IMG/VR virus record: IMGVR_UViG_3300046786_000603
Span: 1-35,808 of that record
Source of the DNA: a virus
Lineage: Duplodnaviria > Caudoviricetes
Reading direction: 5' to 3' (one strand)
Length of the DNA stretch: 35,808 nucleotides
Positions 1 through 9,304 of the stretch are shown here, piece by piece (position 1 is the stretch's first letter; every line of letters begins with the position of its first letter). The notes beneath the pieces were generated by a model, which was given only the letters and a program-made list of their open reading frames with translations, searched no databases and was not told where the DNA came from. The translations under genes and the position numbers were made by a program.

Positions 1-131
1 CGGTGGAGATCGTATTGTCGGAGAAGCAAATGAAAAATTGCTTCAGTCTCAAATTGACGCACAATCTAAAGTCGCAACTCTTATTGCAGAAAAAAAGAAA
101 AAAGGAGAAGACACTTCAAAGCTTGTCGCTC
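1..131. repeat. Terminal direct repeat copy 1 (circular overlap)
   Basis: Identical to 35678-35808 except C127 vs T35804. Confidence 0.97.
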
Positions 132-3100
132 AACTTCAGAAAATGAAAGTTGGTGATGGAATTGTTTTTACAAACGACACAACTGACACTGCTCCGGTTG
201 GTAAAGCAGGAAACTTCTTGAATAAAACTGGTGCGAATATGAAAACAATTGCAGGGATCACTCCGGAGAATCAAAGCTTCGTGGAAAAGCTTTTTGAAGG
301 TGCAGGATCTTCAGCAACATATTTTATTCCTGCAGTTGGAGTTGCTCGTGGGGCGAAAGCTCTATCATATATATCTCCAAAACTTGCAATGATGTTCGGT
401 GGATCAGCTTCAGCAACTCTTGAAGCTATGTCTGAAGCAGGACAAGTTTTTGATCAAGTGAAAAAAGAACAAGGACTCGACAAAGCAAAAGAAGCTTCAA
501 CGAAAACATTTTGGGCGAATGCAATTCTTCTTGCTCTAACTGAAAGACTTGGTGTGTTCAATCCTAATATCACAAGCACATTGAAGAAAGCATTGATCTC
601 AATGCCGGTGGAAGGTTTTCAAGAATCAGCACAACAACTTATCTCGAATGTGAACACAGGACGTCCAACTTGGGAAGGAGTAGGAGAATCAGCAGTCATC
701 GGATCAATTCTCGGTGGAGTGATGGGTGGAACTGTGGACTTTGCGACAGGTGGAAATAAGCCGGTGCAACTTCCCCCTAATGAGCCAAAAGCAAATATCA
801 ATTCACCTGAAAAGGTGGAAACAGGATCAGCGTATGAAAAGTTCTTGAAGGAAGGTGGCAAACCTAGTCAGGATCTTGCTAAACCATCGCTAGAGCTTCA
901 GAAAGAGCTTGAGACGACAACTGTATCCCCTGCTCCCCTATCGACGCAGGAGAAGGCAAAAACAAGCGAAATCGCTCCTGTGAAAGGGAAGGGGAGTGAT
1001 ACTTTTGCCGATCTTAAAGTTCCTGAATCTAAATATAAAACAACATATAATCTTCAAGACAAGGACGATCTTGCATATCTAAAGAGAGTGTTTAGTGAAG
1101 ATCGAATACAAGAATTTTTGAAAGGAAATTTTACTGATTTTCGTGGAAATACAAAATCATATTTTGAAGATATTGTCAGGGGTGTTATTGTATCTGAAAC
1201 TCCACAAACCATTGATCAAAAACTTGAAGGAAAAGTCAAAGATTTTCAAATAAAAGACAGGACTATTTATCACGGAACTTCTGCTGAAAATACTTCAAAG
1301 ATTATTGAGCAAGGATTCAAAGAAGGAAGCAAATTGCCAAAAGACGCATTTCGAAGTGGTGGATATGGTGCTATGCAAAACAGCGTCAGTTTTTCTACTG
1401 ATCCTAATATTGCTTCAAACTTTACTGGAACAAAAAGCAAAGGAGTAGTTTTCAAAACAAAAATCAAAGACAATGCAAAAATTGTTCAAATAGATGGTAT
1501 CACTCACGCAGAAGATCTTAATGAATTTATCCCTGCTCTTAAAAAGAAAAAAATTGACGCAGTTTATATCAAAGATGAAAAAGAAATTGTTGTTATAAAT
1601 AAAAAAGCTTTGGAAAAAGTTTCAGACTATAAAGAATTTGATGTATCAAAAAAGAAAGAACAACTAAAAGATTTTATAAAAAAACCTAAAGCTTCAAAAA
1701 TTCCAAAATCAGGAATGGTTGGGTCTTCTATTGGTCGCTTCAGAGAAGAAGGTGATATCAAGCTCGGACAATTTGATCAGATCAAACCGATTGAGTTCCC
1801 TGAACTTCTTGAGTTTGCAAAAGAACTTTCAGGATCAGATGTCTTTGTGAAAAAATTTCGCACAGCAAATGGAAAATTTTATGGCAAGAATGCAAGTATT
1901 GGATTGAATACTGATCTCTTCAAAAAAGACAATCTTCAACAACTTCAAAAGACAATGGCTCACGAGATGGGTCACTTGATCGACTATCTTCCTGAAGGAA
2001 CTCTCGCTCGTGGAAACACTCTCGGAAGACTTGCAGTCTTGAAAGGATTCCACAAAGATTTCTTTGCCGGAGCAGGAGCAACTCGCACAAATAAAGAAGT
2101 GACTGATCAGCTTTGGAAACTTTCTCAATATTGGAAACCGATTGATATTGAAACAGCACCAAAAGCTTTTCTACAATACCGAAAAAGTTCTCCTGAAATA
2201 TACGCAGACTTTATTTCTGTGCTTTTCAACAATCCAAAACTAGCAGGAGAGATAGCACCAACTGCATACAATGTTTTCTTCGAACAGCTCGACAAAAAAC
2301 CTGATGTCAAAAAAGCATACTTTGAACTTCAAGACTTCCTTCGCAATGGCGAGAAAGTTGTTGAAGCTCGAAGAGACAAAGTGCAGAATATGTTCACAGT
2401 TGCAGATCAGACAGCGAAAGAAAGACAGAACCAACTCGAACTCGAAGCAGAGCAGAAAAAGAAAAGCTTGTGGTTCTTGTTCAAGTTTCAGAATGTGTCT
2501 CGCTTCGAAGCTATTCGTGAGCGTGTAAAAGAAAAAGAAAAGAAAGGTGAGTATGTAAACCCTGATGAGAATCCGGTGTATTTTCTTGAAGAGTCAAATT
2601 ATCTTGGGGGAAAAATAAAAGCGACTATTGATCAGCGTTTCAATAGTATTTATTCAGAGCTTCAGAATAATGGTATGTCTTGGGACGATCTAGGAGAGAT
2701 TGCGTTCTATGAACGTATTTTGAAGGGAGATCGTGGAGAAGTTGCAAACCCTGAAGGAATGCAAATCGACTTCGTGCAAGAACTTTATGATGGCTTTGAA
2801 GGTGTTCAACCTGATCCTACAAATTCAGAGCGTGGAACAAAATCAATGCGATCACAACTTGGAGAAGAAAAGTTTGCTCGATTGCAAACACTTGCACAGC
2901 AATATCGTGACGCAATAAAAGATCTTTATATCGACGCACACAAAGAAGGAATCATCTCTGATCAGTCAATCAAGATGATCAAAGAAAGTGACTACTATGT
3001 GCCATTCAAACCGATTAAGTATGCCGGAAACAAAACAAGCTACACAATCAAAAACAAAAAAGGAACTCTTCAACCTATTGAAAATCCGGCGAATACAGGT

Positions 3101-5104
3101 ATCGAAAAAGTTGTGTCATTGATTCGTGCAATGGAAAGAAACAAAGTGAATCAAAAGACAATCAAATTTCTTGAAAAGAACTTCCCTTCTGATCTTCAAG
3201 AAGCAAAATATGCTTTCAATGGAAAGCAAAGAATTGCTCTTGAACCTTTGGACAAAAATATGCGTCTCGTTTCTTATATGGAAGGTGGAAAGATGAAGTC
3301 ATACTATGTTGATCAATACATCGGAGAAGCAATGCGAAAGACAACAGTTGGGGGAAACAATATGATGATCGAAGGACTTCGATTCTTGAACTCTGGTCTC
3401 TTTCGTCCGATGTTCATCACTTTCAACTTGGGATTCCAAAGCTTCAACTTGATTCGTGATATGACTCGTTTTTGGAAAAACATTCCAAATATGTCATTGC
3501 TGAAGACAATGCGTCTCTATGCAAAATCTGCACGTGGTGCGAAGATTAGAGCTTTCGGACTTCCAAAGAATCCTTCGAAGGCAGACAAAGAAGCATACGA
3601 TCTCATCAATAAACTTGAAGAAGATCGCATTCTTGCTCTCACATACAATGACATCATCAAAGGTGAAGACATTGAAGATCGTCAAATTGATAAAATACTT
3701 CGTGAAGTTGGAGTTCGAGAAACTAAAGCAACAAAACTTGGAACTCTTGGATCTACTTTCGGTCTAACAAAAAAATCTCCTATCATCAAACAAGTTCTTG
3801 GAATAATGGACTTTATTGAAAGCACAGGAAATTTGATTGAAACAATGCCAAAGATTGCAGGATACTATGCTCTTGATGGCAAAATGGAAGCGAGAGAAAT
3901 GAGATCTTTTATTCGAAGAAAGGTTGGATCTCCTGACTTCCTAGATGGTGGAAAATTCAAGCCGGTGATCAATGAAGTGTTTCTATTCTCGAACGCAATC
4001 TTTCAAGGTATTCGTGCAGACTTCGAAGTCGCAACAGATCCAAAGACTCGCTCCGGCTATTGGTGGAAGACAACTCAAGCGACTCTCCTTCCAAAACTTT
4101 TGATGGCTCTTGCAACAGCAGGACTCTTCGGAGAATATCTGAAGGAACTTTTTGGAAAGGTTTCAGAATACGACAAAACAAACTATACAATAATCCCTTT
4201 GGGTAAAGATGAGAATGGCAAAGCAATCTACTTCAGACTGCCACAGGACGAGACAGGAAGACTTATAGGAGGTATTTTGTGGAAGTTGGCAGGTATTACT
4301 CAAGATCCTTCAAAACTTGGCAATCTCGACACATATACGAACCTTCTCTCATACGCAGGGGGACAAGTTCCTTCAGTCACTCCATCGATCACAACTCTTT
4401 ACAACGTGAGCTCATTCATATCAGGACAAAATCCTTATGACTTCTTCAGAGCTCGTCCGGTGCTTACAGATGATCAAATGTTAGCAGGTGGTTGGGAGAA
4501 GACAAAACCATTCCTTGCTTATATGTTTGAGAATCTTGGGGGATCTCTATTTATGAAGCTCTACTACAATGAGACAGTTCCAAAGAATCCTTCTTTGAGT
4601 GAGAGAATAGTTTCACTTCCGATCGCTTCGAATGTCGCAGGTCGTTTCGTGAAAGTTTCTGACTATGGTGAAAAAGAAAAGATCAAAGAGATCACAACTG
4701 AAATCAGATCAGAGAATGCAAAAGAACAAATAAAAAATCGCAGAAAAATATTTGAGTATGTTCAACAAGCTCAAGATCTTCCACCAAACGAAATCAATAA
4801 ACTTAAAAAAGAAATGGTGAAAGATCTCTTTGGTGGAGAAATTCCAAAGACAAAAGAAGACAGACAGAAAGCACAGAGCTATGAGAAAAGATTCGACACC
4901 TTGCGTGTTCGTGGAACAGCAGACGCAAGAATCGATTCACTGATGATTGCACAATCGAATGAAGAAAAGGTCGCTCTCTTGATGGAGTTCTCTCAATCAA
5001 TGAAGAAAGAAGATTTTGATGAGTTGAGAAAATTTATCATCAAGAATCGTGTGGTATCCGGTGAAGCATTTAGAAGTTTTCTACAAGCTAACAAACCAAA
5101 CTAA
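2..5104 (+). CDS. Large polyvalent virion/ejection protein, C-terminal part (true start 35355 across junction, 1808 aa total); ART-like, zincin and LPD38-like regions
   Basis: Open frame continuous across the overlap; IYHGTS..GF..VSFSTD..EKE (about 1265-1590); AHEMGH (HEMGH at 1961-1975); YFRLP..GQNPYDFF C-terminal region; last gene of the virion block. Confidence 0.75.
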   Translation, partial: GGDRIVGEANEKLLQSQIDAQSKVATLIAEKKKKGEDTSKLVAQLQKMKVGDGIVFTNDTTDTAPVGKAGNFLNKTGANMKTIAGITPENQSFVEKLFEGAGSSATYFIPAVGVARGAKALSYISPKLAMMFGGSASATLEAMSEAGQVFDQVKKEQGLDKAKEASTKTFWANAILLALTERLGVFNPNITSTLKKALISMPVEGFQESAQQLISNVNTGRPTWEGVGESAVIGSILGGVMGGTVDFATGGNKPVQLPPNEPKANINSPEKVETGSAYEKFLKEGGKPSQDLAKPSLELQKELETTTVSPAPLSTQEKAKTSEIAPVKGKGSDTFADLKVPESKYKTTYNLQDKDDLAYLKRVFSEDRIQEFLKGNFTDFRGNTKSYFEDIVRGVIVSETPQTIDQKLEGKVKDFQIKDRTIYHGTSAENTSKIIEQGFKEGSKLPKDAFRSGGYGAMQNSVSFSTDPNIASNFTGTKSKGVVFKTKIKDNAKIVQIDGITHAEDLNEFIPALKKKKIDAVYIKDEKEIVVINKKALEKVSDYKEFDVSKKKEQLKDFIKKPKASKIPKSGMVGSSIGRFREEGDIKLGQFDQIKPIEFPELLEFAKELSGSDVFVKKFRTANGKFYGKNASIGLNTDLFKKDNLQQLQKTMAHEMGHLIDYLPEGTLARGNTLGRLAVLKGFHKDFFAGAGATRTNKEVTDQLWKLSQYWKPIDIETAPKAFLQYRKSSPEIYADFISVLFNNPKLAGEIAPTAYNVFFEQLDKKPDVKKAYFELQDFLRNGEKVVEARRDKVQNMFTVADQTAKERQNQLELEAEQKKKSLWFLFKFQNVSRFEAIRERVKEKEKKGEYVNPDENPVYFLEESNYLGGKIKATIDQRFNSIYSELQNNGMSWDDLGEIAFYERILKGDRGEVANPEGMQIDFVQELYDGFEGVQPDPTNSERGTKSMRSQLGEEKFARLQTLAQQYRDAIKDLYIDAHKEGIISDQSIKMIKESDYYVPFKPIKYAGNKTSYTIKNKKGTLQPIENPANTGIEKVVSLIRAMERNKVNQKTIKFLEKNFPSDLQEAKYAFNGKQRIALEPLDKNMRLVSYMEGGKMKSYYVDQYIGEAMRKTTVGGNNMMIEGLRFLNSGLFRPMFITFNLGFQSFNLIRDMTRFWKNIPNMSLLKTMRLYAKSARGAKIRAFGLPKNPSKADKEAYDLINKLEEDRILALTYNDIIKGEDIEDRQIDKILREVGVRETKATKLGTLGSTFGLTKKSPIIKQVLGIMDFIESTGNLIETMPKIAGYYALDGKMEAREMRSFIRRKVGSPDFLDGGKFKPVINEVFLFSNAIFQGIRADFEVATDPKTRSGYWWKTTQATLLPKLLMALATAGLFGEYLKELFGKVSEYDKTNYTIIPLGKDENGKAIYFRLPQDETGRLIGGILWKLAGITQDPSKLGNLDTYTNLLSYAGGQVPSVTPSITTLYNVSSFISGQNPYDFFRARPVLTDDQMLAGGWEKTKPFLAYMFENLGGSLFMKLYYNETVPKNPSLSERIVSLPIASNVAGRFVKVSDYGEKEKIKEITTEIRSENAKEQIKNRRKIFEYVQQAQDLPPNEINKLKKEMVKDLFGGEIPKTKEDRQKAQSYEKRFDTLRVRGTADARIDSLMIAQSNEEKVALLMEFSQSMKKEDFDELRKFIIKNRVVSGEAFRSFLQANKPN

Positions 5105-5117
5105 TGAAAAAATATAG

Positions 5118-5123
5118 TATAAT
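5118..5123 (+). promoter_or_regulatory. -10 box of a probable leaderless transcript
   Basis: TATAAT 7 nt before ATG 5131. Confidence 0.55.
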
Positions 5124-5130
5124 ACAAATA

Positions 5131-5232
5131 ATGAAAGAGATCGTTCAACTTTGTTTTTGGATTATTATTTTTCTTTCAATTTTTATTCCTAACTCCCTGT
5201 CATTCTGGTTGAATGAAGGGTTCGTAAAATAA
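5131..5232 (+). CDS. 33-aa hydrophobic small protein (not in ORF track)
   Basis: MKEIVQLCFWIIIFLSIFIPNSLSFWLNEGFVK*; fills the gap after a -10 box. Confidence 0.55.
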   Translation: MKEIVQLCFWIIIFLSIFIPNSLSFWLNEGFVK

Positions 5233-5240
5233 TTTTGTGA

Positions 5241-5636
5241 ATGGAAATCTTAACAACTAGCAATATAATGTTTGCAATCGGTATCATTACTCTGCTTTTT
5301 TCTGTCTGGAATAAAATCAAAATTCCACAGGAAGAGCTCGAAACTAAACAAGCTTTGTCAGAAAAAGAGATGGATAGTAAAGCAACTATTCTTGCTCAAA
5401 AAGAAGTGGAGAGCAAAGCACTCGTTTTGGAAAAGCAGTTTCAGTGGTATATGGAAGCTAATGAAAAGAAATTTGCTGATCTTGGAAGACGTCTTGATGA
5501 AGCATTCACACTGGCAACAAACCACACTCACACAGTTGACGTCAAAGTTGATAAACTCATTGAGACTGCGAACATTGTTGCGATCAATATCGCAAAATTG
5601 GAGACGACAATCAATGAGAGAATTCCAAAGAAATAA
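5241..5636 (+). CDS. N-terminal TM plus coiled-coil membrane protein (holin/spanin-like lysis accessory)
   Basis: IMFAIGIITLLFSVW followed by a helical E/K-rich region; adjacent to holin. Confidence 0.55.
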   Translation: MEILTTSNIMFAIGIITLLFSVWNKIKIPQEELETKQALSEKEMDSKATILAQKEVESKALVLEKQFQWYMEANEKKFADLGRRLDEAFTLATNHTHTVDVKVDKLIETANIVAINIAKLETTINERIPKK

Positions 5637-5657
5637 ACTGGTCGAATTTATAAGATT

Positions 5658-5666
5658 TGATATAAT
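5658..5666 (+). promoter_or_regulatory. Extended -10 promoter, leaderless
   Basis: TGATATAAT 7 nt before ATG 5674. Confidence 0.6.
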
Positions 5667-5673
5667 ATATACA

Positions 5674-5907
5674 ATGGACATAAACGCATTTTTGGGAATC
5701 GCAATCGTTGGAGTAGCACTTTCAGGAGTTGTTCAATTGGCGAAGTTGAAGTTTGGCACAAGTGGTTGGCAAACTAAAGTTCTCACAGTTGTTCTTGCTC
5801 TTATAGTAGCCGGTGGCTATGTGTGGATCAAAGACACTCCATATTTTGAAACTGTTATTCTTGTGCTTACTACTGCTTCAGCAGTGTATGCCTTTATAAA
5901 GAAATAG
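5674..5907 (+). CDS. Putative holin (77 aa, 3 TM)
   Basis: Three hydrophobic segments and a KK C-terminus; start moved from 5272 to ATG 5674. Confidence 0.65.
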   Translation: MDINAFLGIAIVGVALSGVVQLAKLKFGTSGWQTKVLTVVLALIVAGGYVWIKDTPYFETVILVLTTASAVYAFIKK

Positions 5908-5914
5908 AGTTCAT

Positions 5915-5942
5915 ATAGGGCAGAGATCTTTCTCTGTCTTAT
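5915..5942 (+). other. Intergenic 12-bp stem-loop
   Basis: ATAGGGCAGAGA-TCTT-TCTCTGTCTTAT with two G-U pairs. Confidence 0.55.
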
Positions 5943-5990
5943 TATGCACTTTGTGCAGAAGTTATTCGTAAAATCATTCTAAAAATATCG

Positions 5991-6425
5991 TTGGCTACGA
6001 TCATATTGATTCTCTCGTGCATTCTTTATCCACAAAAAACTTCAGAGATTCTTCCTGAAGAAACAGCGACAGTTATTGTTGTGGAAGTGGAAAAAGAAAT
6101 TCCTGTTGTGCCGGTAATTCTTAAAAAAATTGCTTGGTGCGAAAGTCAGAATCGTCAATTTGCAGATGATGGATCTGTGCACAGGGGAATAATCAATCCA
6201 AAAGATACTGGAAAATTTCAGGTAAATGAAAAGTATCATCTCGAAAATTCAAAGAAACTTGGAATTGATATCTATACTCTTGAAGGTAACACAGAGTATG
6301 CTTTGCTCTTGTATTCAAAAAATGGCACTAGAGATTGGAACTGGTCGAAAGGTTGTTGGGGAGATCCGGAGCGTGTTTGGTGGGAGAAAAATGGGGACTA
6401 CTGGTCAACCAACAAAAAGAAATAA
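5991..6425 (+). CDS. Lysozyme-fold/lytic transglycosylase-like protein with N-terminal hydrophobic anchor
   Basis: IAWCES (catalytic Glu), DTGKFQVN, GN..YA..LY..G..DW; TTG start uncertain. Confidence 0.75.
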   Translation: MATIILILSCILYPQKTSEILPEETATVIVVEVEKEIPVVPVILKKIAWCESQNRQFADDGSVHRGIINPKDTGKFQVNEKYHLENSKKLGIDIYTLEGNTEYALLLYSKNGTRDWNWSKGCWGDPERVWWEKNGDYWSTNKKK

Positions 6426-6461
6426 AGCACCTATTTTCAAGGGTGCTTTTGTTTTTTCTTT
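6424..6461 (+). terminator. Intrinsic terminator ending the late/lysis unit
   Basis: AAAGCACC..GGTGCTTT stem followed by TGTTTTTTCTTT. Confidence 0.8.
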
Positions 6462-6464
6462 GAG

Positions 6465-6520
6465 TTGTCCACACAATTCACAGGTCTAATTGTTTGCAAA
6501 AATCTTGTCAGTGATATAAT
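6465..6520 (+). promoter_or_regulatory. DnaA-box pair plus extended -10 promoter of the replication operon
   Basis: TTGTCCACA 6465-6473, CAATTCACA 6474-6482, TGATATAAT 6512-6520. Confidence 0.6.
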
Positions 6521-6527
6521 GTTTCAA

Positions 6528-6608
6528 GCGACAAGTCGTAGTCGCAAATTTACAAACCTTGTCTTCTCCGATCGCTCTCTCCTGACAAGGTGGAGAGTGA
6601 TCAGAGAA
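6528..6608 (+). promoter_or_regulatory. Structured 5' leader of the replication initiator gene
   Basis: Stems 6556-6563/6584-6591 and 6564-6579/6593-6608; hairpin GCGAC..GTCGC 6528-6545. Confidence 0.55.
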
Positions 6609-6619
6609 CAATAAAAAAT

Positions 6620-7297
6620 ATGCAAAACCAAAATTCATATTACGCAATCATTCCGGCAGATGTCCGGTATGATCAAGATCTTCCACCAAATGCAAAACTG
6701 CTATATGGAGAGATCACTGCTTTGTGTAATGAGAAAGGTTTTTGTTGGGCTTCGAATCAACACTTCGCATTGTTGTATTCAGTCAACAAAACAACTGTGA
6801 GTGAATGGGTTTCAAAGTTAGAATCAAAAGGTCACATTCGATGTGTTATGTTGGATAAAACAACTCGACATATTTACATCACAAAGGCTTCGGCAAAAGC
6901 CGAAGGGGGGCTTCGGGAAAAGCCGAAGGGGGCTTCGGGAAAAGCCGAACATAATACTAAAAGTAATAATACAGAGAATACTCTTGTCATATTCGATGAA
7001 TTTTGGAAGGAATATCCAAACAGAAAAAGAGATCGAGAGAAGTGTCTTGAGAAGTTTCAAAGCTTCAAAGAAGATCTTCAGAAAACAATTCTTGAAGATG
7101 TGAAGCTTCGAAAGGTGCGTCATTCCGATTGGGTAAAAAATGATCATCAGTTCGTTCCTGCTCCCCTTGTCTATCTTCGAAATAAAAGATGGGAAGAACC
7201 GATTGACAACAAAGCAAGTGGAATCAAAAATGTTTATCACAACAGCGAGTCGAACGCAGTTTCAAAAATAAGAGAGAAGATGGCTTCTCGAACATAA
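6620..7297 (+). CDS. Phage replication initiator (HTH, lambda O/DnaD-like)
   Basis: YYAIIPADVRYD..AKLLYGEI..GFCWASN N-terminus; FDEFWKEYP..YLRNKRWEE C-terminus; internal iterons. Confidence 0.88.
   Translation: MQNQNSYYAIIPADVRYDQDLPPNAKLLYGEITALCNEKGFCWASNQHFALLYSVNKTTVSEWVSKLESKGHIRCVMLDKTTRHIYITKASAKAEGGLREKPKGASGKAEHNTKSNNTENTLVIFDEFWKEYPNRKRDREKCLEKFQSFKEDLQKTILEDVKLRKVRHSDWVKNDHQFVPAPLVYLRNKRWEEPIDNKASGIKNVYHNSESNAVSKIREKMASRT
6886..6950. repeat. Three palindromic iterons, probable replication origin
   Basis: GGCTTCGG(C/G)AAAAGCCGAA(G/C) at 6886, 6909, 6931, followed by an AT-rich tract. Confidence 0.85.
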
Positions 7298-7299
7298 CT

Positions 7300-7776
7300 A
7301 TGAGATACGATGATGTAGATATAAAAAAAATAGATAAGAAGATTGTTGATCTTATAAAAAAAACCAACAAAGGAATTTTCATCTTTGGAGAAACTGGAAG
7401 GGGAAAAACATATTCTCTCTATGCTATCAAAAAAAGATTCAAAGAACTTGGAATGAAAGCAGAGATTGAGAATTGGGTTGAACTGCTTCTTGATCTTCGA
7501 GAGAAAACTCAATGGCTTCGTGATGAAATAAAAAAGATAATCGAACCGGAGATCTTGATGATAGATGATCTTGGAAGTGAGAGACAAACAGAATGGTCTC
7601 AAGAGATCTTATACACGATCATCAATATGGCGTATCAAAAAGAAAAGAAAGTCTTTATCGCTACGAATCTATCGCTTGAAGAATTTACTGCAAGATATGG
7701 AGACAGAATCTTTTCTCGCTTGATGGAAATGTGTGAACCTTATGAGCTAAAAGGTAAAGATAGACGCATTGAATAA
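7300..7776 (+). CDS. DnaC/IstB-like AAA+ helicase loader
   Basis: Walker A GETGRGKT, Walker B LMIDDLG, ATNL, RIFSRL, GKDRR. Confidence 0.9.
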   Translation: MRYDDVDIKKIDKKIVDLIKKTNKGIFIFGETGRGKTYSLYAIKKRFKELGMKAEIENWVELLLDLREKTQWLRDEIKKIIEPEILMIDDLGSERQTEWSQEILYTIINMAYQKEKKVFIATNLSLEEFTARYGDRIFSRLMEMCEPYELKGKDRRIE

Positions 7777-7781
7777 TCCCC

Positions 7782-7810
7782 TTGATTTTGGCAAGTAGAT
7801 ATGATAATAT
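7782..7810 (+). promoter_or_regulatory. Sigma70-type promoter
   Basis: TTGATT-17 nt-TAATAT with a TG extension. Confidence 0.55.
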
Positions 7811-7857
7811 TTTTGTAGGGAATGAACCTAAAAGCTATACGCTAGAAGGTCGAAAAG

Positions 7858-7905
7858 TTATCCACATTTTAGAAACTTGCAAAAAACTTGCTACTAATAT
7901 ATTAT
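7858..7905 (+). promoter_or_regulatory. DnaA box plus promoter (leaderless for 7912)
   Basis: TTATCCACA 7858-7866; TTGCAA 7877-7882, 17 nt, TATTAT 7900-7905; ATG 6 nt later. Confidence 0.65.
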
Positions 7906-7911
7906 AAAAAT

Positions 7912-8133
7912 ATGGCAAATAAAGAATTAAGTTTATCGGAAAGAAAAGCTCTTGCCAAAAAGTTAGACAATGTAGTCTCATCTGCTCGATCGAAGAAAAT
8001 GTTTCGATTCAGATATGGACTTGATGATGGTATCTCGAAGAGCAATGCTCTTGTTGGTAAAAGATTCAAGGTCAGTCGTGAAGCAGTTAGACAAACAATC
8101 AAAAAGATTGAAGCATTGTTTGAAACAAAGTAG
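7912..8133 (+). CDS. Stand-alone sigma70 region-4-like HTH protein
   Basis: RFRYGLDDG....VGKRFKVSREAVRQ resembles RpoD region 4 (RFGL.DG...VG..F.VTRERIRQ). Confidence 0.8.
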   Translation: MANKELSLSERKALAKKLDNVVSSARSKKMFRFRYGLDDGISKSNALVGKRFKVSREAVRQTIKKIEALFETK

Positions 8134-8184
8134 TCGGGTATATCTCCACCTTACGGAGCGTATAAATGTAATAAAATCAGCAAT

Positions 8185-8418
8185 ATGCAAAAAAATACAA
8201 TTCAAAACATAATACAAAAGTCACTGATCATTTTGGTCGTGGCTTTTGTTGTTGTTGGTTTCGGTTGTCTAACTGTGAAAGCAATAGACAAACAGGAATC
8301 GATTGATTGCTTGAAGTGGCAAAAAGAAGCGACTCAATATCCTTCTTACTTCTTGAAGCAATGGCAGTCTGATCAATGCAAAGCTCACGACATCGTGATC
8401 AATGCAGAGATCAAATAG
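8185..8418 (+). CDS. Small membrane-anchored protein
   Basis: N-terminal TM and a Cys pair. Confidence 0.6.
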   Translation: MQKNTIQNIIQKSLIILVVAFVVVGFGCLTVKAIDKQESIDCLKWQKEATQYPSYFLKQWQSDQCKAHDIVINAEIK

Positions 8419-8469
8419 TTCGAGATGTCGGTCTCGTTCTAATTTATAAAAAAGTAAAAAATAATTATT

Positions 8470-9303
8470 ATGCAAATCGTAAAAACAACAGATCCACAAT
8501 CAAAGCCTTCCATCATTATGATGGTATATGGTGCAGGTGGTGTCGGAAAAACAACTTTCGCTTCAACAGCACCGAAGCCTTTGCTTGTAGATTGTGAGAA
8601 TGGTGCAAAGTATTTCGGTCTTCGTGGAATCAAGATGGACGTTGCGAAGATTGGTTCTTGGTCAGATATGAATGGTCTTTTTGAAATCGCAAAAGAAGAC
8701 ACTTATGAAACAATCATCATCGATCCTATTGGTGAATTGATGGAAAAGCTGAAGAGATTTATGATCTCAAAAGGTGATCGCAAACTTGTTCAATCAGATG
8801 GATCTCCATCGATGGCAGGTTGGGGTTGGCTCAAGGATACAATGAGAGCAACTATCAAAGTGCTTCGTGATTCAGGGAAAAATATTCTTTTGATAGCTCA
8901 CGTTGAAGAAAAGACTGATGAAGAAAAGATGGTGAAGCGTCCGATGATAATGACGAAGATCTCTGAAGAACTTGTGAATATGGTTGATATCGTTGGATAT
9001 ATGACTGTGACTCAAGTTGATGGTGAAGAGAAAAGAATCATCATCGTTGACGCTTCTTCAGATAAATACGTTGCGAAGGATCGCACAGGTCAACTTGGAA
9101 AAATCATTCCACCAAACTTTTCTGAAATCATCGAAGCTTGTCAGGGAACAAAGACATTCGCTTGGTCAAATAAAAATGCTTTGACAGACGCTCCTGAAGA
9201 ATCTCCTGAAGAAGAAGCACCAACTTCAAACAAATCTTCAGCGAATGACAAACTTGCTAAAGCAGGGAAAAAGGTCGCAGGTAAAAAAACAACAAAGAAA
9301 TAA
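8470..9303 (+). CDS. Sak4-like AAA_24 ATPase/single-strand annealing protein
   Basis: YGAGGVGKTT, IIIDP, LIAH, DIVGY, AKDR; upstream of exonuclease and SSB. Confidence 0.85.
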   Translation: MQIVKTTDPQSKPSIIMMVYGAGGVGKTTFASTAPKPLLVDCENGAKYFGLRGIKMDVAKIGSWSDMNGLFEIAKEDTYETIIIDPIGELMEKLKRFMISKGDRKLVQSDGSPSMAGWGWLKDTMRATIKVLRDSGKNILLIAHVEEKTDEEKMVKRPMIMTKISEELVNMVDIVGYMTVTQVDGEEKRIIIVDASSDKYVAKDRTGQLGKIIPPNFSEIIEACQGTKTFAWSNKNALTDAPEESPEEEAPTSNKSSANDKLAKAGKKVAGKKTTKK

Positions 9304-9304
9304 T

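Noticed and set aside
1-131. Biological terminal repeat of the packaged genome
   Set aside because: It falls mid-gene and looks like an assembly overlap; real termini cannot be inferred.
5272-5673. 211-aa version of the holin ORF
   Set aside because: It overlaps 5241-5636 out of frame; a -10 box and ATG at 5674 define the likely start.
6886-6950. Mini CRISPR array
   Set aside because: The repeats are separated by only 2-3 nt, with no spacers and no cas genes; they fit iterons.
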